64,000 nt of DNA from a bacterium (lineage in GTDB: Bacteria > Cyanobacteriota > Vampirovibrionia > Gastranaerophilales > Gastranaerophilaceae), in contig JAFVAR010000052.1 of assembly GCA_017480425.1 (NCBI GenBank), forward strand, positions 2,396 through 66,395. The letters are read 5' to 3'. Positions 35,657-45,082 of the stretch are shown one piece after another. The stretch's first letter is position 1; each line of letters begins with the position of its first letter. Position numbers and translations under genes: made by a program. The notes beneath the pieces are model-generated. The model ran no database searches and was not told where the DNA came from. It was given only the letters and a program-made list of their open reading frames with translations.

Positions 35657-36688
35657 CTAAGGTTTAATTAAAAATTTTATTGCATTTCCAGCGATATGTT
35701 CTTGCATTGCGTATTCAACTTTTTCAAGAGGAAGCTCTGCTGTTATAAGTTTTTGGACTTCAACATCTCCGGATGCAATTAAATCAAGAGCTTGTCTGAA
35801 ATATTTAGGAGTATGATGAAATACGCTCATCAGTTTTATGTCGCCATAATGCATTTTTGTAGTATCAAAACTTACTTTTGAACCGGATTTACATCCGCCA
35901 AAAAAGTGTACTGTTCCGCCGGGACGTACACACGAAACTGCAAGTTCCCATATTTCGGGAAGTCCAACACACTCCACTACAACATCCAAACCTCGCTTTT
36001 CATCTGAAAAATCTTTAAAGATCTTTTCCGGATTCGGATATTTTTTCAAATCAATAACCTCATCAGCGTAACCGAATTCAGAAGCAAGCCTTATTTTTTC
36101 AGGATTTCTTCCTGCAGCTATTACTCTTGCACCTTTTAGCTTAGCAAGCCTTACAAACATCAAGCCGATTGGTCCGATTCCGATTACACCAACTGATTGT
36201 CCCGGCTTAATTTCTGTTCGTTCAATACCATGAACAACATTTGCAAGAGGCTCGCAGAATGCCGCTTTTTCAAATGGTAAATTTGGAGGCAATAATAGTG
36301 TATTTTTCTTGACTATACGTTCAGGAACAACTATATATTCTGCATATGCTCCATTTAGCAAGTCCAAATGTTCACATAAATTGTACTGACCTCTTTTACA
36401 GTAGAAACATTCGCCGCATGGTGCGGAATTAGCACAGACAACTCTGTCTCCAACTTTTACATTGCTTACACCATCAGAAATTTGAGCAACAGTACCTGCA
36501 AATTCGTGCCCGAACCCTGACGGAATATGTTTTATCAACACAGGATGACCACGTCTAAAAGTTTTCACATCAGTTCCGCACGTTAGTGCAGCTTCAACTT
36601 TTACAAGAATCTCGCCTTTTTCCAAAGGTTTTATCATTGTGTCTTCGTATTTAATATTTCCGGGTCCGTAGTATAAAATTGCTTTCAT
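35657..36688 (-). CDS. Zinc-dependent medium-chain alcohol/sugar dehydrogenase
   Basis: CGTD, GHEFAG, CGECFYC..C, GIGPIG. Confidence 0.92.
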   Translation of the reverse strand: MKAILYYGPGNIKYEDTMIKPLEKGEILVKVEAALTCGTDVKTFRRGHPVLIKHIPSGFGHEFAGTVAQISDGVSNVKVGDRVVCANSAPCGECFYCKRGQYNLCEHLDLLNGAYAEYIVVPERIVKKNTLLLPPNLPFEKAAFCEPLANVVHGIERTEIKPGQSVGVIGIGPIGLMFVRLAKLKGARVIAAGRNPEKIRLASEFGYADEVIDLKKYPNPEKIFKDFSDEKRGLDVVVECVGLPEIWELAVSCVRPGGTVHFFGGCKSGSKVSFDTTKMHYGDIKLMSVFHHTPKYFRQALDLIASGDVEVQKLITAELPLEKVEYAMQEHIAGNAIKFLIKP

Positions 36689-36693
36689 ATCTT

Positions 36694-37134
36694 TTACTTT
36701 ATATATTTAATAATTGTATCAGTAATATCATCTCCGCCATACAGAACTGCAGATTTGGGCAAGACGAGCGTATACCCCATCTCTGAAGCCTTTTTGCTGA
36801 TTTGCTCTGTTATAATTTTATCAGCTTCTTTTATACTTTCTGCGTACTCTTTTATATTTTCCGCTCTTTTTTGTGTAAGCTGATTTTCATATCTCAAAAC
36901 AGATTCTTTTTGTTCTTTTACGGTTTTTTGTTTTTTTACATCCGCTTTTGCAGTTTGTATAAACGCTTCCAATTCTTTTTGTTTTGCTTGCTGTACCTTT
37001 TTCATTGATTTAACTGCTGAAGACGACGATACAATTTTATTAACGTCTACTACTGCAATTTTTTGAACTTCTGCCATTGCAGACATAGTAGAAAATAATC
37101 CCCATATTGCAATAACAGTCAAAAACTTTTTCAT
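36694..37134 (-). CDS. OmpH/Skp family protein (second copy)
   Basis: Signal peptide, KIAVVDVNKI, VLYGGDDITDTII. Confidence 0.85.
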   Translation of the reverse strand: MKKFLTVIAIWGLFSTMSAMAEVQKIAVVDVNKIVSSSSAVKSMKKVQQAKQKELEAFIQTAKADVKKQKTVKEQKESVLRYENQLTQKRAENIKEYAESIKEADKIITEQISKKASEMGYTLVLPKSAVLYGGDDITDTIIKYIK

Positions 37135-37907
37135 TATTTACTATTCCTTATCAACAATAAAACCGCTAGAATTATTATACTTATTGAGACAAATATTGCA
37201 ACAGGCAGCCCAAATATATAAGTTACACTATCGATTCTATAATGCTCCACAAATATTCTTGCAACCGAATACATTATCAAATAAATAAGTGCAAGATTAC
37301 CTTCTTTTTTCAGCTTTTGAGATTTCATAATAAAGAACAATATCGCAAATATTATTATATCAAGTATACTTTCGTACAAAAAAGCCGGATGGAAGAATTC
37401 ATTCTCCAAATAAGGAATATGCCTAAATTCAGGTGCAATATATAATTTCCAAGGCAAATTTGTGGGAGTTCCGTACGCCTCCGAATTAAAAAAGTTTCCC
37501 CATCTTCCTATAGCTTGAGCTAGTGCCAATCCTACCGCTGATATATCACAAAGCTTGGGGAATGATATTTTATGCCGTTTAGAAAATATATAAACTCCCA
37601 GTAAACCGCCTATAATGGCGCCATGTATCGAGATTCCGCCATGTCGGATAGCAAGTATTTCCGTCGGAAATTTTAAATAAAATGCAAAATCCATTAGGCA
37701 ATAGTATAATCGTGCTCCTAAGATTCCAAATATAATACAATACGGAGCCATATCTATAATTGTATCTTTTTTTAATTTGTAATATTTTGATGCTACAAAA
37801 TCAGACACTAATGTACCGACTGCAATAGCAATTGCCAGCATTATGCCATAATAATATATACGAACTCCACATACAGTACACAATATTTGAGAAGGAGATG
37901 TAAACAT
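37134..37907 (-). CDS. lgt: Prolipoprotein diacylglyceryl transferase
   Basis: GARLYY, GGISIHGA, QAIGRWGNFFNSEAYG, HPAFLYES. Confidence 0.96.
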   Translation of the reverse strand: MFTSPSQILCTVCGVRIYYYGIMLAIAIAVGTLVSDFVASKYYKLKKDTIIDMAPYCIIFGILGARLYYCLMDFAFYLKFPTEILAIRHGGISIHGAIIGGLLGVYIFSKRHKISFPKLCDISAVGLALAQAIGRWGNFFNSEAYGTPTNLPWKLYIAPEFRHIPYLENEFFHPAFLYESILDIIIFAILFFIMKSQKLKKEGNLALIYLIMYSVARIFVEHYRIDSVTYIFGLPVAIFVSISIIILAVLLLIRNSK

Positions 37908-38476
37908 TATTCCTTAACTTCTTCCTTCTTCTCGCCTGATATAAATTCTTCGGATTGTTTTATCATCTCGTCAATAGAATCTCTATCTTTTATATCAGCA
38001 GCCATTTCAATATATTTGTTTAAATTATCTATTGCTAACTGTTTTAATTCTTTTGCCTTTGCGATATCTTCATCTGCAGGCTCTGTTTTCTTAGGAGTTT
38101 CTTCAACCGTATCTTCACTTTGAGCATCTTCTTCCGGCTCAAGAATTTCATCAGCCATAGATATTTGTGCAACACCCAATGAATAATAAAAATCTGCAAA
38201 GTCAGGTTTAATTTTTATTCCGTCTTCAAGTGCCTGAATAGCTTTGTCATATTTTTTAGCACTTATAGCGGCAACCCCCAAATTATAATATGTTTGATAC
38301 ATAGTAGCATCTAAGTCTAAACTAGCTTGTAGCCTGTTCATTGCAGATTCATAGTCACCCTTTTGCATGAACTCTGCAGCCTTATTATTAAGTTCCTGTA
38401 CTGCAATATTATTTATACAAGCAGTTGAAATGACCGCAACAATTAAAACTGATACTATCATCAAAGCTTTTTTCAT
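37907..38476 (-). CDS. TPR-repeat lipoprotein
   Basis: Lipobox ISTA-C; TPRs YYNLGVA and YYSLGVA. Confidence 0.85.
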   Translation of the reverse strand: MKKALMIVSVLIVAVISTACINNIAVQELNNKAAEFMQKGDYESAMNRLQASLDLDATMYQTYYNLGVAAISAKKYDKAIQALEDGIKIKPDFADFYYSLGVAQISMADEILEPEEDAQSEDTVEETPKKTEPADEDIAKAKELKQLAIDNLNKYIEMAADIKDRDSIDEMIKQSEEFISGEKKEEVKE

Positions 38477-38644
38477 ATATAAAATTCCCTCTTATTCTCA
38501 TTTATAATATCGGTATTCTAGTATACAAATACTAAATAATCAAGATTGTAACAAATTTTTCATATATAAGTATGATAACCATTTTTCTTATAAAAAAGAG
38601 GTATAGATTTTTCTATACCCCTTTATTACTATACTTTATAATTC

Positions 38645-39916
38645 TTAGCACAATGCGCAAGAACTATTTGCAAACTTTTTTATTGATTCAACCTTATCCA
38701 AATGTTCCCACGGTATATCTATGTCTGTTCTGCCGACATGCCCATAAGCGGCAAGTTTTTGATAAAATTTTCCGCCATTTTTAGCCGGCAGATTTCTTAA
38801 ATCAAAGTTTGAAATTATTGCAGCAGGTCTCAAATCAAAATTCTTTCTTACAATTCCGGAAATTTCATCATCTGAGATTTTTCCCGTTCCGAATGTATCA
38901 ACAAAAATTGAAACAGGCTCTGCAACACCAATAGCGTACGCAAGTTCTATTTCGCATTTATCAGCCAACCCTGCTGCAACTATATTTTTTGCAACATATC
39001 TTGCCGCATAAGCCGCTGAACGGTCAACTTTCGTAGGATCCTTGCCTGAGAATGCGCCACCGCCATGACGAGAATATCCGCCATACGTATCAACAATAAT
39101 CTTGCGGCCGGTAAGTCCTGTATCGCCTTGAGGGCCTCCAACGACAAACCTTCCTGACGGATTTATCAAAATTTTCGTTTCTGAATCAGGTTTTATTGAT
39201 TCTGTCTCAAATACGTAATCAATTACTAATCTTTTTAAATCATTATTAATTATTGCTTGAACTTTTGAGTTGTCGCTTATTCCGTTAATTTCTGCACAGT
39301 GTTGGGTAGAAAGAAGAACTGTGTGTATTCTTGAAGGCTTTCCGTCAACATATTCAACAGTAACTTGTGATTTACCGTCCGGTCTTAAGTAACTTAAAAG
39401 ACCTTCTTTTCTTACCTGTGCAAGTCTATAGGAAAGTTTATGAGCTAAACTAATCGGTAACGGCATAAGTTCGGGGGTTTCATTACAAGCATATCCGAAC
39501 ATTATACCCTGATCTCCTGCTCCTATATCAGAAGTTTCTTTAGAAGATGTATCTGCATTTTCACTTCTTGTTTCAAATGCCTTATTAACTCCGCCTGCAA
39601 TATCAACGGACTGCTCATCTATACTTGTTAGTACTGCACAGGTATCAGCATCGAAGCCACCTGACGCGGTTCCTGTATAACCTATATTTTTAATTGTATT
39701 TCTTACAACTTGCGGGATATCAACATAACAGTTTGATGTAATTTCTCCGCAAACCAATACCATACCTGTAGTTGCAGTTGTTTCTGCCGCAACTCTTGAA
39801 GACGGATCTTTTGTTAAAAATTCATCTAAAATTGCGTCTGAAATTTGGTCGCATACTTTGTCGGGGTGTCCTTCCGTCACGGATTCGGACGTAAATAAAA
39901 ATGTTTTTGATGTCAT
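38645..39916 (-). CDS. metK: S-adenosylmethionine synthetase
   Basis: [28 protein letters not shown]; start at 39916 (MTSK) after SD AAGGAG. Confidence 0.98.
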   Translation of the reverse strand: MTSKTFLFTSESVTEGHPDKVCDQISDAILDEFLTKDPSSRVAAETTATTGMVLVCGEITSNCYVDIPQVVRNTIKNIGYTGTASGGFDADTCAVLTSIDEQSVDIAGGVNKAFETRSENADTSSKETSDIGAGDQGIMFGYACNETPELMPLPISLAHKLSYRLAQVRKEGLLSYLRPDGKSQVTVEYVDGKPSRIHTVLLSTQHCAEINGISDNSKVQAIINNDLKRLVIDYVFETESIKPDSETKILINPSGRFVVGGPQGDTGLTGRKIIVDTYGGYSRHGGGAFSGKDPTKVDRSAAYAARYVAKNIVAAGLADKCEIELAYAIGVAEPVSIFVDTFGTGKISDDEISGIVRKNFDLRPAAIISNFDLRNLPAKNGGKFYQKLAAYGHVGRTDIDIPWEHLDKVESIKKFANSSCALC

Positions 39917-40093
39917 TATTTGTCTCCTTAATTTATACTTACCGGTAAGGTTTTTAATTCCGACCCGGTTACACATTAGCAATATTCTATAATAGAGGTA
40001 TAAAAAAATCAACAATTGTAAAAAATACAATTTAAAATTAGCCGACTAACCAATTCAAAAATAATAAGATTTTATTTTTAATATAATCATTAA

Positions 40094-40151
40094 ATCTTTT
40101 TCATACTTCCAGCTATTCTTAATTCCAAGAGCCTGCGGGCTCTTTTTTTTT
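40094..40151 (+). ncRNA. Candidate short sRNA (about 55-60 nt)
   Basis: TATAAT 40082-87; pyrimidine-rich body with CATACTTCC; terminator AAGAGCC-TGCG-GGCTCTT-T tract; both neighbouring genes are minus strand. Confidence 0.45.
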
Positions 40152-40218
40152 ATAAAAAGAAACAATGAACTGAAAGTGTACATTGTTTCTTTTTATATTC
40201 TGTTATACTTATACTGTT

Positions 40219-40992
40219 TTATTTATATATAACTTGTCTGTTATTATCGAGTATTGAACCTGCACATCCAAGTCCGGATCTCACAGAATTTTCATTGCAA
40301 GTATATACTGAACCTGAGCTATCGGCATTATTACCGGCTCCGGCTGATAAAGATATATCACCGCCAGGTGGTGCAAAAAGCCGGTTAAAAACAGCACTTC
40401 CGTCTGCAATCACAGCACCGCCTCTATCAACAGTGAGTGAGAACAAGTCTCTTCCAAATACGTTCGGTCCGTTATTTACTCCGTTTATATCAACCATTAA
40501 AGTTGTAAGCGGTCCTCTATAAGAACCAAATTGGTTAGGGTAGTTGTTCGCATCAAAATTCCTAAAATTAACCTGGTTTCCTCTCTCATCTGAAATTAGT
40601 ATTGCAGTATTGTTTGAAAGGATTAGTTTGTTTCTGTTGTCATAATCTTCTGCTCTCATATTATTCATATCCCAGTATCTTGGTGGTGTGCTGAAACTTA
40701 TATTATTGCCCGGAGCGACTGCTGCGCCTCTTATACGGGTTGCCAGATTTCCCAGATATTGGTTGCCGGCATTTGCATTACCTGCATAAATAATTTGTAA
40801 ATCCGGAGTGTTATTATCATATAAAATGCGTTGATTTGTAAGTTCGATAGTAGCTACTACTTTTTCCAATGATGGTCCGATTGAAGCATTAGAAGCATCC
40901 TGTATAAGTGCCGGAGCTGTAAGTGCTGCAACTACACCAATTATACCTAATGTTATCAGAACTTCCGCTAAAGTAAATCCTCTTTTTTTCAC
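40219..40992 (-). CDS. Type IV pilin/pseudopilin-like protein with prepilin N-methylation motif
   Basis: KKRG|FTLAEVLITLGIIGVVAAL; VDING..GPN.FGRDLF; C-terminal Cys pair; terminator at 40151-97. Confidence 0.9.
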   Translation of the reverse strand: MKKRGFTLAEVLITLGIIGVVAALTAPALIQDASNASIGPSLEKVVATIELTNQRILYDNNTPDLQIIYAGNANAGNQYLGNLATRIRGAAVAPGNNISFSTPPRYWDMNNMRAEDYDNRNKLILSNNTAILISDERGNQVNFRNFDANNYPNQFGSYRGPLTTLMVDINGVNNGPNVFGRDLFSLTVDRGGAVIADGSAVFNRLFAPPGGDISLSAGAGNNADSSGSVYTCNENSVRSGLGCAGSILDNNRQVIYK

Positions 40993-41130
40993 TTTTTAAC
41001 CTCTCTTCTTTATATGTTTATAATATCATGTTATTGCATTTTTGAAAAGAATATCAATAAAAGTCAAGTTGATTTTATCATATCTTTTTGATATTCTAAG
41101 TTGGTTAGATAGTAAAGAGGAGTTTTACAT

Positions 41131-41937
41131 ATGGATTTAATGAAAGGTAAAAAAGGGATTATATTTGGGGTATCTAATACGCATGGTATAGCATACGGAA
41201 TTGCAAAACAATTGTTTGAAGCGGGAGCAGATATTGCATTTACATATGCAGGCGAACCTATGGAAAAAAGGGTTCGTCCTATTGCTGAAAGTATGAATTC
41301 CAAGTTAATTATGAGTTGTGATGTTACAAAAGAGGATGAAGTGAAAGCTGTATTCAAGGAATGTGAAAAAATATACGGAAAACTTGATTTTGTAATTCAC
41401 GCTGTTGCTTTTGCTCCAAAAGAAGATTTAATGGGAAGATTTGTAGACACATCAAAAGAAGGTTGGGATATTGCGCTTGGTGTAAGTGCATACTCGCTTG
41501 TTACAATCTGCCGCAATGCTGAACCTATTATGAATGAAGGAAGTTCTATTTTTGCAATGACATACTTAGGCTCTGTTCTATCCGTTCCGAGTTATAACGT
41601 AATGGGTGTTGCAAAGGCAGCATTGGAGTCTGCTATGAGATTTTTGGCTGTCGATCTCGGTCCTAAAGGTATAAGAGTTAACTGTTTATCTTCAGGCCCT
41701 GTTAAAACACTTGCTTCAATGGGTATAAGCGGATTCTCAAAAATGTTAAAAGCCGCAGTTATGAGAGCACCATTAAAGAAAAATGTTTCTTTGGAGGATG
41801 TTGGTAAAGCAGGCTTATATTTAGCATCTGATTTGTCAAGCGGAACAACCGGTGAAGTTATATACTGTGATTGCGGATGCCATTCCGCATATGCTTCTGC
41901 TGAGGAAATGGATGTTCTATCCAATTCGGAAGCATAA
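41131..41937 (+). CDS. fabI: Enoyl-ACP reductase
   Basis: GIAYGIAK, SCDV, SAYSL, YNVMGVAKAALES, GPVKTLA. Confidence 0.96.
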   Translation: MDLMKGKKGIIFGVSNTHGIAYGIAKQLFEAGADIAFTYAGEPMEKRVRPIAESMNSKLIMSCDVTKEDEVKAVFKECEKIYGKLDFVIHAVAFAPKEDLMGRFVDTSKEGWDIALGVSAYSLVTICRNAEPIMNEGSSIFAMTYLGSVLSVPSYNVMGVAKAALESAMRFLAVDLGPKGIRVNCLSSGPVKTLASMGISGFSKMLKAAVMRAPLKKNVSLEDVGKAGLYLASDLSSGTTGEVIYCDCGCHSAYASAEEMDVLSNSEA

Positions 41938-41995
41938 TTGTTAAATTTGTATGGGGCTTGAAATATAGCCCCATAATCAATTAAAGGATATATGT

Positions 41996-42376
41996 ATGAA
42001 AAAATTTGTAACACTTTTATTTTTATTATCTGCTCTTGTATACGGAGGAGATAAAGCTTCTGCCTTAACTTATGAAGAAGGGCTGGAGCAAACGAAGCCT
42101 ATGGCATTATTAATATACGCTGATTGGGCTGATGATTATAATGACATGCTTCAAGCTTTTGATAAAATGGAGGGCAAAAATAATAAATTTAACTTTATCA
42201 GAATGAATATTGCCGATAAGAGTACAAAGGCATTTAACAAAAGTTTTCATATATACCCGGGACTGCCATATGTTTTACTGTTTAAAGACAGGGGCAAAAT
42301 TTCAAGATACTTGAAAAAAGACTGCGTTCTTAACGAATCATGCTTTAATGAAAGGTTGAAATTATTTAGTAATTAA
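41996..42376 (+). CDS. Exported thioredoxin-fold protein lacking CxxC
   Basis: Signal peptide; KPMALLIYADWADDY in place of F.A.WCxxC; cis-Pro motif GLPYVLLFKD.G. Confidence 0.65.
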   Translation: MKKFVTLLFLLSALVYGGDKASALTYEEGLEQTKPMALLIYADWADDYNDMLQAFDKMEGKNNKFNFIRMNIADKSTKAFNKSFHIYPGLPYVLLFKDRGKISRYLKKDCVLNESCFNERLKLFSN

Positions 42377-42417
42377 TTTTACTGTTTAAGCTAATTATTT
42401 CTGATTGTTTTATATAA

Positions 42418-42487
42418 AATGTAAAGTTTTGTAAACATTTTTTCCTTTTATGAAATTCGTCAAAAAAAAAATACTTTATATATGTAG
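42418..42487 (+). promoter_or_regulatory. HLR1-like direct repeat plus conserved bipartite promoter motif
   Basis: AATGTAAA-GT-TTTGTAAA (42418-35), 15 nt, TGAAATT (42451-57), 14 nt, TACTTTATATATGTAG (42472-87). Confidence 0.7.
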
Positions 42488-42525
42488 TTAATAGGAACGA
42501 CGATATTATCAGAAAGGAGCCGATT

Positions 42526-42711
42526 ATGGCACACGATTCAATAGCAGCAATTGGCGCAAAAAGCCCTAAAGAGATAATCAAAGAGCAATCTCATAATCAA
42601 GGAACCGCAGCCTTTTTGGCACAAGTACAACCGGTTTCTATATTTAATGCAACCGGCGTTTCTGGGGATACAAATAAAATAGGAGACATGTTGAGCGGAC
42701 AAAAATGTTAA
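42526..42711 (+). CDS. 61-aa orphan small protein
   Basis: SD AAGGAG, dedicated promoter motif, terminator AAGGCGCTT..AAGCGCCTTTTT at about 42738-66. Confidence 0.7.
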   Translation: MAHDSIAAIGAKSPKEIIKEQSHNQGTAAFLAQVQPVSIFNATGVSGDTNKIGDMLSGQKC

Positions 42712-42783
42712 TTGACAAGCTCAATATATAAGATTTGAAGGCGCTTTATCAATATAAGCGCCTTTTTGATATAATATATTATT

Positions 42784-43335
42784 ATGAGCGAATACGATAA
42801 AATGATATCCGGAAATTGGCACTATCCTGAAAAAGAAAATTTACCGGAGTTAAGAAATGCACAAAGAAATAGGCTTCTTAAATTTAATAATGAAGAAGAC
42901 GATATTGAACGAAAATTGTTATTAAAAGATATTTTAGGAAACATAGGTGTAAATTGTTTTGTAACTCCTCCGTTTTTCTGTGATTACGGAATAAATACAA
43001 CATTCGGCAATAATGTGTATTTGAATGCAAATTGCGTAATATTGGATAGCGCAAGAGTAACCATTGGCGATAACACACTACTTGGACCAAATGTACAAAT
43101 ATATACTCCATTTCATCCTATAGATTACAAAACCAGAAATACCGGTGTGGAGTGCGCAAAGCCTGTAAACATAGGCAAAAATTGCTGGCTTGGAGGAAGT
43201 GTAATAATTTTACCGGGAGTAACAATTGGTGATGGATGCGTAATAGGAGCAGGAGCAGTTATTACTAAAGACATTCCTAAAAATAGTATCGCTGTCGGAA
43301 ATCCTGCAAAGGTTATAAAAACAATCAATCAGTAA
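42784..43335 (+). CDS. maa: Maltose/sugar O-acetyltransferase
   Basis: PPFFCDYG, LGPNVQIYT, WLGGSVIILPGVTIG, VGNPAKVI. Confidence 0.88.
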   Translation: MSEYDKMISGNWHYPEKENLPELRNAQRNRLLKFNNEEDDIERKLLLKDILGNIGVNCFVTPPFFCDYGINTTFGNNVYLNANCVILDSARVTIGDNTLLGPNVQIYTPFHPIDYKTRNTGVECAKPVNIGKNCWLGGSVIILPGVTIGDGCVIGAGAVITKDIPKNSIAVGNPAKVIKTINQ

Positions 43336-45082
43336 CTTTTTGCTTAAAGACGTGTCCTTTTCTGTCTTTTTCAATATTAGGAGTATCAATTTCAAACACA
43401 TAAGCATCAGCAGGAGCCAAATTTACCCTCAATTCGTTCTGATAAGGTTGAAATTCACTTTTTTCTCCATATTCAGGAACCATATTTACAAGTTTTTGGT
43501 TTTTCTTTAATCCAGGAATCTCAATAATGCCTGTTACACGTCTGTTTGGATTTTTATTGGCAACAACGAGAATAGTTCTTCCGTTATTATGCCTTGCATA
43601 TGTAATAATCTGATCTTTTTTATCTTCTCTTTTGTGAAGTTCAATAAAACTGCTGTTTCTGTCTGCAAGAACATCCAAATTCTCTGAACGCATCTTTAAA
43701 CACCCCTTCAGAACTCTTTCTATATCAGGGTGATCCCCTCCGGGTTTTCTCGAAAGATTAAAGATTGCAAGTCTGTATCGGTGTTCATCCATTACATCAT
43801 TATTTGTAAAGGTTTCTTCGTTTTTTGTACCTCTGTACTTATAATCGTAGTAATCACCGGACTGGAATCCGTCAACAAAATACGGATTACACATAGGAAT
43901 TGTTGATTGTAAAACCGTCGTTAATTTACAGAAATTTTCTCCGCCATGAATCATGGAAGAACTGTCATCGTGAGTTAAAAATGAACCTATCAGACTCTTA
44001 CCTGCCGGCAATCTGTGAGACATATCCAAATTCATTTTCACATAATCATTAAATTCTTTCGCATTCTTCCAATCATGAAAAATATGGTATTGTCCGTAAT
44101 AATCATCAAATCCGGCTCTTAAGAGATCTTCCGGTCTATCATACATCATATTTACTTGAGGAGATGCACATTCATAAGTATAGCTTTCCCCAAGCCAGCC
44201 AAATTCAGGGTCTTTTGTATGTGAATATGTAATAAGTTTATCCCAAAATTCAGTAGGTTTCGCTCTTGCCACATCAGCTCTTATACCGTCAAGACCTAAG
44301 TCAATGCAGGCATCTACATATTGTTTATGCATCTCATATAATTTTGGATTTAATTCTCTGTGAGTTTCATCTGCCCACGGTTCAAACATTCTTATGTCTG
44401 CCCATCCCTGCGGAGTTTTATCTTCTCCGTTCCTGCCGAATGCCATAAGTTCAGGCTCGGCTTCAAACAAATCAACAGAGGCACAACTTGGCAAGTCAAG
44501 CATTACCTTTATGTCTCGTTTATGACATTCATCTATAAATGCCCTAAATTGTTCATTTGCACTCCTCGGGTCGTTTTTATCTATTAACATCGGATCTATT
44601 GCTAAATCTCCGTTATCTTCTACAAACTTTGCAGGAGAATACAAGGAGCCTGCGGTACCCATTGCGTTTTTCTTTCCTGTCGGATGAATAGGAAGTATGT
44701 GCAATGTATTTATTCCGTCAGCTTTTAATTCATCAAGTCTTGAAATCGCACTCAAAAATGTACCGTTTTTTTCTCCTGTACATAATGTAATTTTATCATC
44801 GCCATTCAAATCTTCGGCAGTAAAAGTTCTTGGAACTATTGCCATCATAACTGATTCATTATTTTGTATCATTGAGCGAAGATTATTTTTATATTGAAAA
44901 TTCTTGTTAGCATTTTTATCAACCTTTTTTACAGCAGGTGTATTTATCATCGCTAAGTTATCAAGGTATTTTGCCGATAATTCAGAATTATTCTTAACAG
45001 TTTTTTGTTCATCTTTGCTAACTGATACCTGATAATTTGATGATTTAAAATTAATGGGTTGAATTTTACTTATTTGCATCAT
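43325..45082 (-). CDS. GH13 alpha-amylase-family glycoside hydrolase with N-terminal 'INFKS' extension
   Basis: LKADGINTLHILPI, DECHKRDIKVMLD, catalytic triad DGIRADVA / LGESY / LTHDD. Confidence 0.85.
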   Translation of the reverse strand: MMQISKIQPINFKSSNYQVSVSKDEQKTVKNNSELSAKYLDNLAMINTPAVKKVDKNANKNFQYKNNLRSMIQNNESVMMAIVPRTFTAEDLNGDDKITLCTGEKNGTFLSAISRLDELKADGINTLHILPIHPTGKKNAMGTAGSLYSPAKFVEDNGDLAIDPMLIDKNDPRSANEQFRAFIDECHKRDIKVMLDLPSCASVDLFEAEPELMAFGRNGEDKTPQGWADIRMFEPWADETHRELNPKLYEMHKQYVDACIDLGLDGIRADVARAKPTEFWDKLITYSHTKDPEFGWLGESYTYECASPQVNMMYDRPEDLLRAGFDDYYGQYHIFHDWKNAKEFNDYVKMNLDMSHRLPAGKSLIGSFLTHDDSSSMIHGGENFCKLTTVLQSTIPMCNPYFVDGFQSGDYYDYKYRGTKNEETFTNNDVMDEHRYRLAIFNLSRKPGGDHPDIERVLKGCLKMRSENLDVLADRNSSFIELHKREDKKDQIITYARHNNGRTILVVANKNPNRRVTGIIEIPGLKKNQKLVNMVPEYGEKSEFQPYQNELRVNLAPADAYVFEIDTPNIEKDRKGHVFKQKVTD

